Shown piece after piece: positions 1-12,399 of a stretch of DNA of 64,000 bases. A model generated the notes under the pieces. It searched no databases, had not been told where the DNA came from, and was given only the letters and a program-made list of their open reading frames with translations. The position numbers and the translations under genes are program-made. The DNA comes from Eledone cirrhosa (taxonomy: Eukaryota), in the NCBI GenBank assembly GCA_964016885.1, contig OZ024742.1, positions 319,424,001-319,488,000 on the forward strand, written 5' to 3'. Every line of letters begins with the position of its first letter. Positions within the stretch are counted from its first letter, which is position 1.

Positions 1-450
1 GTGGTGATATCTCCCCTCTTCTGTGTTCCACTTATATATCAAGTGCACTTACAAGCCTTGCTTATACTTCACAATGATAGTACTTGACCTACTAGAGATA
101 GCAGCCAAATCCTTATCAAATTATGTTGTCCAAGGTATGTGTGTGTTGGTTGGACCAGTTCCGAAGATGAGTGTTCCAGTTCGATCAATGAAATACTCTG
201 CTCTTAAAATTAACCGGCAAATTATTGAACATTCCACAGACATGTTCACCCTTAACTTCGTTGTCAGGGAGATCCAGCGTGATATAATGTGTGACAAGGC
301 TTACTCTTTGAATTATAGGTACAACTGTTTTTATGGGGGGGTCTGCGGGAATATGAAATAAAGTGTTTTACTCAAATACACAGCACACACCCTGGAATCG
401 GACTCACATCTTTACGATCATGACCTGAACACTAACCACTAAACCACGCT
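1..450 (-). mobile_element. tRNA-derived SINE (decayed)
   Basis: Reverse complement of ~350-450 reads GCGTGGTTTAGTGGTTAG (A box) ... GAGTCCGATTCC (B-box-like), then a CORE-like TGTGTATTTGAGTAAAACACTTTATTTCA. Downstream extent approximate. Confidence 0.6.
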
Positions 451-530
451 CTTTTGCAGTCCGAGTTACACTATATTTCTGCACAAATAAAATAATTATG
501 AGATTGTTTCTACTGGAACGGTTTTGATTA

Positions 531-2188
531 TATCACAAACGCTCTTTTCCTTGTACGACAACTACAGGAGAAGTACCTAGCTAAAAGTAAACCCCTCTAC
601 TTAGCTTTTATAGACCTGGAGAAAGCCTTTGACAGAGTCCCCCGCTTCATTATCTGGTGGGCTCTTAGAAAACTAGGTGTAGATGAATGGCTTGTGAGAG
701 CTATACAAGCCATGTATAAAGAAACAGTCAGTAAGGTTAGAATTAACAATGAATATAGTGAAGAATTTAGTGTAAAAGTTGGTGTTCATCAAGGCTCTAT
801 CCTTAGCCCCCTCCTATTTATTATTGCCCTTCAGGCTATAACAGAGGAGTTTAAGACCGGCTGCCCATGGGAACTCCTATACGCAGATGATCTAACGCTC
901 ATAGCTGAATCTATGGCTGAACTAGAGAAAAAATTCCAAACATGGAAGCATGGCCTTAAAGTTAACTTGTTTAAAACTAAAGTTCTAGTATGTAGAAAAG
1001 AAAATAAGGCACAGGTGCCCTCTGGGAAATGGCCATGCTCAGTGTGTAGGAAAGGAGCAGGTAGAAATTCCATTTTATGTCCCAAATGCTAACTATGGGT
1101 GCATAAAAGATGTAGTGGTATCACAGGTAAACTATCTAAGAACGAAGATTTTATATGTGGCCAATGCTCAGGTGCAATAAGTAGCAAGTGCCCACAGGAT
1201 ACTATCTCCTTCTATTGCCCAGATGGTTCTATAGAAATAGTGGACACTTTCCGTTACCTGGGTGACGAAATCAGCAGTGGTGGAGGGTGTTCTGAAAGTA
1301 CAGTAGCCAGAGTCAAAACGGGATGGAAAAAGTTCAGAGATCTTATACCGCTGTTGGCCACAAAAGGTTTCTCTCTAAAAGCGAAAGGCAGATTGTATGA
1401 TGCTAGTATACGAACAGCAATGTTACATGGCAGTGAGACATGGCCATTGTGTGCAGAGGATCTGCGCAGACTGGAGAGGAACAAAGCATCCATGCTCCGT
1501 TGGGTGTGTAATAGTAATATACACGAACGGCAAAACATAAATGAACTAAGTGAGAAATTAGGAATAAGAGGGATCAGATGTTGTTTACTTGAGAGAAGAC
1601 TACGTTGGTATGGTCACGTGATGCGCATGAAAGATGACAGCTGTATAAAAAAGTGCAGGGCGATCAAAATTGATGGTAGTTACGGAGTAGGTTAGACCCA
1701 GAAAAACATGGGACGTTTGATTAATTCCGACCTTACACACTTGCACCTCTCTAAGACAATGTCACTGGACCGAGATCTTTGGCGCTACGCAATAATATAG
1801 AAGACCCGCCTTGCCTATGTACAAAGCGAAACCTAGTTAGTAGGCACTTCTTAACCAAATATACACACCAACCCACTACCCCTACTCCATCCTCCCAACA
1901 CCACCCTTTCTCTGTAAAGTTGGTACCACAACATCCAGTCCAAATTAATGAGATAATGAGATCGAGATCGTGTAGGTGTCACAACAAAAAAGACACTCAG
2001 TCCACGCTGTAATGTGGCTGTGTAGGTAACACGGTAAAAAATTCCCAGTCCACACTGTAAATGTGGTTGGTGTTAGGAAGGGCATCCAGCCGTAGAAAAC
2101 CTACCAGATAGTCCTATACGAGCGAGACACGGTCACTCGATCGACCTTGCCTCAAATTGGGACAATTTCCGTCTAACCCATGATGATG
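531..2188 (+). mobile_element. RTE-clade LINE, 5'-truncated and decayed
   Basis: RT motifs DLEKAFDRVP, GVHQGSILSPLLF, LLYADD; PHD-like CSVC..CPKC..VHKRC; RLRWYGHV; 3' UTR ending in (GAT)n; in-frame stops. Confidence 0.93.
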
Positions 2189-2399
2189 TTGTTATGTGTG
2201 TATTCCAGATTTTAGAATAGTTACATCGTATTCCTGTGTGTTGTAAGAGATGACAAAAAGGAAGAGCATTCGGCTGTAAAACACTAATTCAAAAAGTTTC
2301 CAACCCATGCTATCATGGAAAGACAAACGTGAAAATGTTGATTATAATCATGTAACATATTTTTTGTTCCCTGGTTCTAAGTGTCATTTCATGGTTTGT

Positions 2400-5286
2400 T
2401 CATCATCATCATCATCACCGTTTTACGTCCGTTCTTCGATGCTAGCATGGGTTAGACGGGTTGTCCTGTTGTGGGAAGTGTCTGGTCGGCTGACCATGCC
2501 TTACTCATACAGGAACTGATTTGGCTTGATTTCTACAGCTGGATGCCCTTCCTAACACCAACTTCATTTACAGTGAGCGCTGGGTGCTTTTTCGTGGCAC
2601 CTACATGTCCACTTTACAGTGTGGGCTGGGTGCTTTTTTGCCGTGGCACCTCCACGACCACCTTGCGGTGGGGGATGTGGGGGCATATTGTCTATATGCT
2701 TCAGCTTGTACCCATGGGAGGTCGGGTACTCTGTATTACTGCGTGACGCCAGAGGTCACGGTCATGTGTCATTGCCTTTGAGAGGTGTAATTGGGTAAGG
2801 TCGGCTTTTATCACCTCATCCCAAGTCATCTTGGGTCTCCCCACTCCGCGGTTTCCATCGACTTCTAGTGCTCTGCACCTTTTTATGCAGCTGTCATCCT
2901 TCATACGCATCACATGTCCATACCAGCGCAACCGCCTCTCCTGCACACAGCATTTGATTCCTCTTATGCTCAGTCTCTCAATTCATTTATGCTTTGTCGT
3001 TCACGTATATTACTGTTACACATCCATCGGAGCATGCAGGCTTCGTTTCTCTCTAATCTACGTAAGTCTTCCACCTTCAGCGCCCAGGTCTCACTACCAT
3101 GCAACATCGCTGTTCGGATACACGCATCATACAGTCTGCCTTTCATTCTGAGGGAGAAGCCTTTTGCAGCTAGCAGTGGTAGTAGTTCCCTAAACTTCTT
3201 CCATCCCGTTCTTACCCTAGTTATTGTACTTTCTGAGCACCCACCTCCGTTGCTAATTCGGTCACCTAGGTAGCAGAAGCTGTCTACTGTTTCTACAGGG
3301 CCCTCCCAGAGATTGGTGGTACTTGTTTCCTGTGGCTGTTTGCTTGCTGTCCCAGCACAGCTGCTGCATGTGAATCCTACATTCTTAATTAAGCTTCCTG
3401 AGATCTCGCTACATCTCTTGTGTACCCATTGTTTGCATTTGGGGCAGAGAATGGAGTTCCTACCTACACCTTTCCTACATACTGAGCAAGGCCATTTCCC
3501 TGAGGGGATCCGGGTTCTGTTTTCTCGTCTACTTACAAGGACCTTAGTCTTTGTCATGTTGACTTTGAGACCCTTTCTTTCTAGTCCCTGCTTCCAAGTT
3601 TGGAATTTATTCTCTAGTTCTACCATAGATTCAGCTATAAGTGCAAGGTCATCAGCATACAGGAGTTCCCATGGGCATCCGGTCTTAAACTCCTCCGTTA
3701 TTGCCTGCAGGACTATGATGAACAGGAGGGGGCTAAGAACAGAGCCCTGGTGGACCCCAACCTGTACGCTAAATTCCTCGCTATACTCATTGCTAACCTA
3801 ACTTTGCTGACTGCTCCTCTATACATGGCTTGTACCGCTTTCACAAGCCATTCATCTACTCCTAGTTTTCTAAGAGCCCACCAGATTACAGCACGTGGAA
3901 CTCTGTCAAAGGCTTTCTCAAGGTCGACAAATGCCAAGTAGAGTGGCTTACTTTTAGCTAGGTACTTTTCCTGTAACTGCCTCACAAGGAAGAGAGCATC
4001 AGTGGTGCCTCTTCCTGGTAGAAACCCAAATTGCATCTCGTCTATTTTCACCCGGTCCCTAATCAACTGTGCTATAACTCTTTCTGTTACTTTCATGACC
4101 TGGTCCATCAACTTTATACCTCTATAGTTTCCTCTATCTAGTGCATCACCTTTACCTTTGTAGCAGTTGACAATGATGCTACTGCACCAATCTTTTGGTA
4201 TGACACCTTCTAGTATTACCTGGTTAACAATACGTGTGGTTATAGTGTGACCTACCGACCCAGATGCCTTCAGCATCTCGGCAGCTATACCCGATGGACC
4301 GGTTGCCTTCCCCATCTTCATATCTTTGATTGCCTTTCTTACTACGCTGCCGCTGACTTGTACTGCTGGCTCCTCTATAGGGTCTACTTGGGGTAGGGTC
4401 TCTTCTTCCCATGCATTTTCCTCATTTAGTAATCTATCATAATGACTCTTCCATGCATCTTTCTTCTCAGCACTTGTGAGGGCAAGCTCACCTTTATCAT
4501 TCCGCATACACTTCTCTCCAATGACATCACAACTCTCTCTGACACACTGCCTCGCAATCTTGAACACCTCCTGTTTCTGGTCCTCACGTTGCAAAACATG
4601 CTTGAATTTTCTATCCTCTGCTTCCCTCCTAGCTAAGTATACTTGTCGCCTAGCTTCCCTCTTGGTCTCTATGTAATGTACCCTGCTCCCCCCGTTCTTC
4701 CATTCTTTCCATGCCTGTCTCTTGGCCTTAACTGCTTCATCTACCTTATTGTTCCACCACCAAGTCACTCTCCTCCTGCTTGAGGTCTTACTCCAGCCAC
4801 AGACCTCATCCGTTACCTCTAGTAAATTATTTTTTAGGAACTCCCAGTTCTCTCTTACATTGAATGTCTCTATCTGTTCTTCTTTACTGTTGTAGGCGTT
4901 GAGTAAAATATCTTTAAATCTGTTACTGGTTGAGGGGTCTTTCAGCTTCCAGATCTTTCTTCTCCAGGTTGGCCTCTGTTTCCAGGTTCGTCTAGTTCTG
5001 ACCGTGAGGTCGCTGACAACTAAGCTATGTTGGGATGTACATTCCTCACTAGGGAAGGCTTTTGTGTTTACAACCGTCCATCTGTCACGTCCTCTGATGA
5101 GGATAAAATCTATCTGACTGGAGTGCTCCCCTGATCTATAGGTGATCAGGTGGTTGTCGGGTTTTTTAAAGTTTGTGTTACATATCGACATGTCATTGGC
5201 TTCGCAGAATTCTAGAAGTCTGAATCCTTCCTTATTTCTTGTGCCAACCCCATGGCCTCCATGTATTCTATTGAAGCCGTCGCAGT
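2400..5286 (-). mobile_element. RTE-clade LINE (part of APE endonuclease, RT, 3' UTR), frameshifted
   Basis: ORFs 3713-5311, 2970-3626 and 2701-2946 give SQIDFIL..SQH, NYRGIKL, QFGF, DLEKAFD and RLRWYGHV; a YADD codon run is readable at ~3650; (CAT)n tail at 2400-2417. Confidence 0.95.
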
Positions 5287-5308
5287 ATATGCCATTATTA
5301 TAAAAAAA

Positions 5309-7403
5309 CACTATTATTTAATCAGAAGTTTGAGTTTGTGGTCAGGAGTTTGATATTTCGAAATTTTCATATTTTTCAAGAAAAAACACATTCTTTTTAA
5401 ATTTATCAGTTCATATAATTAAATCAACAGAGTATATATTTATTTTATTACATAAGCTTATCAAAAGCAAACAAGTAAAAACAAATAACACTTATAAAGC
5501 AACTTATACACGTCAGAAATTACTGGATTTCCTGAATTTGCGGTTGTAGTCCAGGTCGCATTCCCACACTAGCCCCTAGATATAGTCCCCCATCATTTTT
5601 TCATTGTAGTGGCCCTGGTACCTCCGGTCTATCTTTTTCACATCTTGGTGGAATCGTTCGCCTTCTTCTTCTGAGTAGGCACCCATATTGTCCTTGAATT
5701 TTTCCAGGTGAGTGTCCAGCATATGGAGTTTAAGCGACATGGGATGCATCCCATGGCGCCAAAAGCCTTTATCAGATCCTGCACCAGTTGCTGGTAGTTT
5801 TCAGAAGCGACATGGGATGCATCCCATGGCGCCAAAAGCCTTTATCAGATCCTGCACCAGTTGCTGGTAGTTTTCAGAAGCGACATGGGATGCATCCCAT
5901 GGCGCCAAAAGCCTTTATCAGATCCTGCACCAGTTGCTGGTAGTTTTCAGAAGCGACATGGGATGCATCCCATGGCGCCAAAAGCCTTTATCAGATCCTG
6001 CACCAGTTGCTGGTAGTTTTCAGCTCTGTAGTTGCCCAGGAAGCCCTTAACAACTGCCTTGAAACAGTTCCATGCTGTTCTCTCAATCCTATTGAGCATA
6101 TTGGAGAACTCGGTAGACTCAAACACCTTTATCTGAGGTCCAACAAAAATTCCACCTTTGATTTTGGCCTCAGATAACTTGGGGAAGAACTCAAGAAGGT
6201 ATTTAAAAGCGGCTGATTCGTGGTTGAGTCTTCACAGACTGCTTCATCAACCCCAACTTAATGTGCAGTGGCGGCATGAGCACAATCCTGGGATCAACCA
6301 GTGGCTCCCACATGACGTTTCGGGTCCCAACTACAAATTCTGTTCGCTGCTCCCAGTTCTTTCTTTTGTAGTGGTCAGAGGTGGCTCTGCTGTCCCAAAG
6401 GCAGTGGAAGCATTGGAATTTGATAAAGCCTCCTTGGAGTCCAAGCAGGAAAGCCACCATCTTGAAGTCTCCAATGATTTCCCAATTGTACTGGTTGTAT
6501 TGCAGAGCTTCCAAGAGGACTTTCACACTGTAGTAATCTTCCTTCAGGCAGACGGAATGAGCTAGGGGCAGTGTCGGGAACTTGTTTCCATTGTGGAGGA
6601 GGACAGCCTTCAAACTTGTGGTGGAGCTGTCTATAAATAGCCTTGGCACCCCAATAACGTCAAACAGTCCAGACACGTCATGGCAGAAGCAGAGGCCATC
6701 CCTAAGAGTGTAAAAGCCTGAGAAAGGTTCGTCTCGACATCTCTGACTTGTCACCTGCACTTCTTCCTTGACCAAGTTCCACTGCTTCATCCTGGAGACG
6801 AATAGCTCTGCATTGAACTTGGTCAGACCCATATCCCTGACCAAGTCATTGACTTCTTTTTGGTTTGGGAAGTGAGGAACTTTTTCTGGTACCTCAGGCA
6901 GGTAATCGAAGTCCTCAGCATCCATCTCCTCCTCTTCATCAGAATACTTGTCTTGGAAAATAAATTTGATATGCAATACAAAATAAATATTGGAAAGGGA
7001 AATACATATTTAAATAATATAAAAGAACACTAATCATACTAATGGAAATTCGTGCTTAAAACACAACTTGCCCTTTATACAGTATCAATAAATCTCTTTT
7101 ATCCACTTTTTAACAATTTCATACTTTATTGCACTTTTATAATTTTCTTTAGGTATTACTCTTTATTTTATAATTTTAATTTAACCTGAAACATATATAA
7201 AAAAAATCATTTAACATAAGCAAATTAAACTTACATACATGGTAAAATCCAGCATAGAAATAATTCTCGTGAATAGCTTAGAATTTTTACAAACCCAAAC
7301 TTTTAACTGTTTAATAGCACTTTTTTTATTTATTTGGGACCTAAGCAACACAAAAAAAGTGATTACAAACCAGGAACAGAAAAACTTCTTTTGTTACACG
7401 GTG
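5309..7403 (-). mobile_element. Chapaev3-like (CMC superfamily) DNA transposon with disrupted transposase
   Basis: Transposase LFIDSS..LKAVLLHNGN, GDFKM..CFHCLWDSR, PPLHIKLGLMKQ, continuing out of frame to LKLHMLDTH..SEEEGERFHQD near 5640; ends CAC (5309) and GTG (7403). Family assigned from recalled motifs. Confidence 0.7.
5732..6023. repeat. 73-bp tandem repeat x4 inside the transposase gene
   Basis: Unit AAGCGACATGGGATGCATCCCATGGCGCC...TTTTCAG starts at 5732, 5805, 5878 and 5951. Confidence 0.95.
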
Positions 7404-9860
7404 TTATGTTTGATCGGACCACCTATACACTCTACATATTGCTGTAAAGGCGTTGAGAATTATCCCCCTTGTCTTGACTTCAAACTTATTGCAATACATT
7501 CTCTAAGTTTAAACTTTAAATTGTTGCTTAACCCCAGTTGAACAGACCTAGGATCAAATTTAAAGGTATTTAAACCATGACCAATCTATCTTATATCACA
7601 TTTCCTTTCTTTTTAACACAACGGAGTTTGGTGAGGGATATTTAACTGCTAGTGCTAGTCGGTCAAGCAACTACTTAAGAAGCTTCCTGCGTAGGCTTGT
7701 CCATTTGTCTACTATATATCTAAATGAAATTCTGAATACTGATATTTTTTTTGTATTAAGCATCGACAAAAAACACTGGCATTGTATGTATTTTGATATA
7801 AGAAGCTTTACTATCCTAAGCTCTTCCTATCGTTACGGGATTTTATAATATACGAATTGCTGGCGAGGTATCGGGAGTTATCTACCTTTATGTCTTCCAT
7901 GAAAGAAACGTGTTACTAATCCCGCATGTCCCATCCTTAACACTACCAGTCCGTCTCTTCGTCCTTTTTGTTTAAGCCCAGGCTTATGATAAAAAATAGT
8001 CCAGCCATGGCCATCCTGTAATTTTCTGTGCTCAGGGCATACACAGACCAATGTGTCATCCTATATTGTGTACTTTAGGGAATATCTAGCTGCTATTTTT
8101 AGCAGAGCAAGCACCAAGGAGTAGTTCTCTTGGTTTGTATTCCTTGTTCTCTCGTATGGTAAAGACTTATTATCGAAATTTCGATTGTTAGCACAGACTT
8201 TTGTCTTTCATCTAAGATCGACAATACTGTTACCAGTAATATACTTTCAGCCCCCAAATCCAAAGGCAATTTGGCCATTCTGTCATATTTTCAAACAAAC
8301 TGTTTCTAGAACTTCATTATCTAATGTATCTTTCCTCTTGCTGTATACCTCTAATTGAGGAGACTTACGATGATCACAGACGTTCCAACCATGAACATCT
8401 TGTTTTTGTGTATCTAAGATCACATTGTTCAATTTCTATTTTTTTTTTTATTGTTGGCTATCAAAGGAAGACAATATAAGGTAGAGAGGGCATGTCACTC
8501 TTACTGAGTACATGACAACTTCCCTTGTATGGATGCCACAATAAAATGCATCCAGTACATTCTGTATAGTGGTAATGCTAGTGCCCTGATAAAATACACT
8601 CAATACATTCTGTAAAGTAGTAGTGCTATTACACCCATTACACTCTGTAAGATGATTAACATTAAGAAGTGCATCCAGCTGTATAAACCATACCAAAATA
8701 TGGAACATGAACAAGATGAGGTCTCTCCAACCTGCCTGTCTTGGACTGTGACAACCTGTCCAACCCCTTCTAGTATAAAAAGTGGATGTTAAAATGACAA
8801 TGAATCATTTTCCAAATGATATATTATACATTTTTGTCACCCACTTTAGCACCACCACCTGGCCCTTGGGTGATAAATCCCTCATCCAGTTTAACACTCT
8901 TACATGGACTTTGGGTGATGCTGTTAAACTGGTGGTAGACTTAATCCACCACCAGTTTAACAGCATCACCTGGCCCTTGCTCCCTGATTAAACCATTAAA
9001 AAAAATGTAATTAATTTTGTTTATTGAAATTTCCAAGATTTGTCATTCAAATAAAAAAATATATAGCAGTATAGTTGATAGAACATGATGAATGTTGTGA
9101 AGAGAAATGGAATGAGCTGGTTGGGTCATTTGTTGAGGAAGGATGAAAGTGTCTGGATGAGATGAGTAATGGAAATGAATGCAGAAGGAAGTAGAGGAAA
9201 GAGTAGAAGAAGAAATATATGACTAAGGATGATACAAAGGATAGGGCATAATAGAGAAGCTTGTCATGGAATTTGCAAGGCTAACCCCTTGCTTTAGCAG
9301 GGAAAATGGTCTTAAAAGGCTTGTGCTGTTGTAGAACATACAGTATCTGCCATATTGAATGAGAGCAGAGTTTGTTTCAGTATTTGGAGTATGCATGTGT
9401 TGCTGGAAGATAATTATTTTAACCCATTTGATACCAAATTGTCTGAAATGGACACTAGTTTTACGATATCTGTACAAACAAAGGGAAAAACCAAAGTATT
9501 CACCAGACGTAATTTTGAACTACCAACAAGATCACTACAAAGAGACCCCATATACACAGTCTACTGACAGTTTATCATTTATATACATTTTGCCTAGTCC
9601 ACTTTTAGTTATGCACGGGTGATCAGGGTTTTCCTTACAACACTTTTTAAGTAAGAACATTTGTTATATTCTAAACACCAACTAAATGAGAGAAATAGTT
9701 ATATTATTAAATTCCTTCAAATTCTTCAGTCAATAACAGCAATCATCCAAACACTTGTATATAACCATTTATTTGATTTAGTATTTTTTTTATATATATA
9801 TATAGCTATAAGCAATGGCTTTTAATATATTTTAACTTTAATGTATTGTGATATTTGCAG

Positions 9861-9988
9861 CGCATGGACTCTGAAGGTAGTCTAATCGGAGGGTTAAAAC
9901 CAACTTCTCAAACCAGTGCAGACAAGCCACCAACAATAGCTGATGTGTTAAAAAATTTAAACAGTGTAAAATTGAAACCAATAGAACG
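9861..9988 (+). CDS. MTFR1: Mitochondrial fission regulator (MTFR1/MTFR2, FAM54 family), internal exon
   Basis: TTTGCAG acceptor, GTAAG donor; encodes RMDSEGSLIGGLKPTSQTSADKPPTIADVLKNLNSVKLKPIER, matching the family motif DVLK.(L/M)N.VKL..IERSPGG when spliced to the next exon in phase 2. Confidence 0.85.
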
Positions 9989-10434
9989 GTAAGCTCCACA
10001 GGAAATATGAATTATTCATCTTCAATTTGAAATCACTATAAATTCTAGGCATACATATATACACTTTTATATTAATTGTTTAATAATTGATCCCATAACT
10101 TTTTTTTTTTTTCAGAAAATATTTTCAGATCTCCATGTTTTAATTCTTGGAGATTACAATTCTACAAATGAATAAATAAATAAAAATAAAATTATTACAA
10201 ATTCAGTCCTCTCCTCCATTTAACTAATTTTTATTATAAATCAGTGATAATGTTTTTCGTAAATTCTCATGTTGGAGGGCCTGTTATAAATTTAGCTTAT
10301 CAAAATTGAAATCATATATTCAAATTTTACTCAACAGCAATGAGATTTTTATAAATAACGAAAAAAATAGTATTAAAAATTTCGAAGTTGTACTTGTCTG
10401 GCAGGTAACTTGATCTGAGATTGTATGTTAAAAC

Positions 10435-10658
10435 ATTGTAGAAGTCATTTATCCATTCAAAAACACACAAAGACTGTTAAATTCACTTTAGATTAGTTAT
10501 TTATTTTTTTATATCAAAATTTTCATTTTGTTTGTGACGTGGTCACTAACACAGTGGAACTGTGTGGTGAAAGTTTAACATCAAGAAATACATGATAAAT
10601 GTAAAGTGAATTTAACTGTTTTGTGTGTTTTGATTAGCTAAAATAACTCTTCGACGAT
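10435..10658. mobile_element. MITE-like element with ~55-bp imperfect inverted termini, in an MTFR intron
   Basis: AAAACACACAAAGACTGTTAAATTCACTTTA versus TAAAGTGAATTTAACTGTTTTGTGTGTTTT. Confidence 0.55.
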
Positions 10659-10775
10659 ATATAAAAAAATATTCTGTTGGTAGTCCTGATAGTGGTAATT
10701 ACAGCACCACTGCTATGATCTATAAGTAACCCTGCCACTATAACAACAAACAACTATCACCACCACCTCTCTCTA

Positions 10776-10925
10776 TCATCATCATCGTTATCACCGTTTT
10801 ACATCCATTTTTCCACGCTGACATGGATTAGACAAGTTGTCCTGTTGTGGGCAATGTTAGGTCAGGTGACCATGTCTTGCTCATACAGAACTGATTTTGG
10901 CTTGGTTTCTACAGCTGGATGCCAA
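10776..10925 (-). mobile_element. RTE LINE 3'-tail fragment
   Basis: (CAT)n followed by sequence similar to 2410-2545. Confidence 0.8.
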
Positions 10926-11116
10926 CAACATTTCTATATTTTAATTTATCCCTCTCTCTCCACACCTCATTCACCATTATCTTACTCTGTGTTACTTCCC
11001 TTAGTGTGACCAACACTTTATGTATAACTCTACTAGCATATATTTAATATTTACAATATTTTATAGGAAAAAAGACTACAATCTAAATCCCCTTTGAATT
11101 TTGTTTTTCTTTCCAG

Positions 11117-11297
11117 ATCTCCTGGTGGTACTCCTCTCAAACGGGCACCTCTGCCATGCACAACTACTGATCACCAATCTATTATCGCAAATGCTTTAAA
11201 GATGAAATTTTCTAAAATCAATCAGCGCAGCCCTGACAGTTCGAACAAACGCCGTTCCCTATCCTCCCCAAATTGGTCATCTCCTTCTCCACCCCGG
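11117..11297 (+). CDS. MTFR1: MTFR-family penultimate coding exon
   Basis: TTTCCAG acceptor, GTAAG donor; SPGGTPLKR...SIIANALKMKF...WSSPSPPR; phase-compatible with both neighbours. Confidence 0.88.
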
Positions 11298-12227
11298 GTA
11301 AGTTTTTTTTTTTCAATGCATGAACAAAGCTCATTTTTATTAACATTTTTTATACCAACCTACTTCTGGTTCTACAAAACAAAACCATCCATTTTAAAGT
11401 GTTTCTATGTATTTAAATTAAAATCTTCTAACATAATTTTATAGAAGAAGTATTTGTTATATTACAAATGTTAATTTAATAAGGAAATAATTGAAAATTT
11501 TAGTAAAAACGTCCAAATTCTTCAATTAATTGAAATGCAATGTATTTCATTAGGAATATGGCTTCAAAAAGGTTAAAATATACAAGTAAAATAAAAATGC
11601 ATTTAAAATTTGTATCACAAAGTATTGTAAATCACTATTATAGTAGGTTAAATATATATAGTAAACGAACCTCCATTGGTTTCAATGTTGAGTGTTTCAG
11701 TTGTTTGATCAATGGAACAATCTACTTGTGAAATTAAAGTGTAACTAACTAAATATTTTACAAGCACTTCTACTCTTGATATAATTTTTTGGGAGATTCA
11801 GCAGACATTCTTCAAAAGTACAAAGCAGCGCTATGACTTTTATCACATTAAAAATTAAAGTTTTTACTTTAGTTTATTGCAAATTTTTGCCACAACAATC
11901 TATCCACTAATAAACATACTACAAACATTTGAATTAATGAACCCGTTTTTATATATTTTTTGCTAAATGGTTGCAAGATGTTAAGAGTTAATAAACAAGC
12001 ATTTTAAGGTTATTTTTCTTGCTAAAGACAGGGTTAACCTTGCAGGTCCCACGATATGTTTCATACACATCATGTGGTTATTTTTTAGGCAATGTTTTAC
12101 AGTTGGGTGCCTTTTTTTGCACCAACTCTTTTAGTTGACTCTCACCATATGCAGTGATATAATGTACCTATTCTGGTGTCATATGTTGCAAAAATCATTT
12201 TTACTTTTTTTTTTTCTTCCACTCTAG

Positions 12228-12275
12228 GTCTTTGGACGTCATCTTTTGAAGAAAACTGGAACTGTACTGAACTAA
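12228..12275 (+). CDS. MTFR1: MTFR-family last coding exon
   Basis: Long polypyrimidine tract plus CTAG; VFGRHLLKKTGTVLN*, resembling the vertebrate MTFR1 C-terminal FGPHMLKPTG. Confidence 0.75.
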   Translation, partial: VFGRHLLKKTGTVLN

Positions 12276-12399
12276 ACTTTTCTTTCAAACTTTTAAAATA
12301 CTAAATTTTAAATATTTAAACAAAAGGATGCTGTCTTAGAAAATCACATTGTGTTTTTATAATATTTGATATAAAACATTAAATCTAGATATAGTCATG

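Noticed and set aside
5732-6023. Palindrome-containing repeats as a CRISPR array
   Set aside because: Units are identical end to end with no unique spacers, lie inside a eukaryotic transposase, and no cas genes are present.
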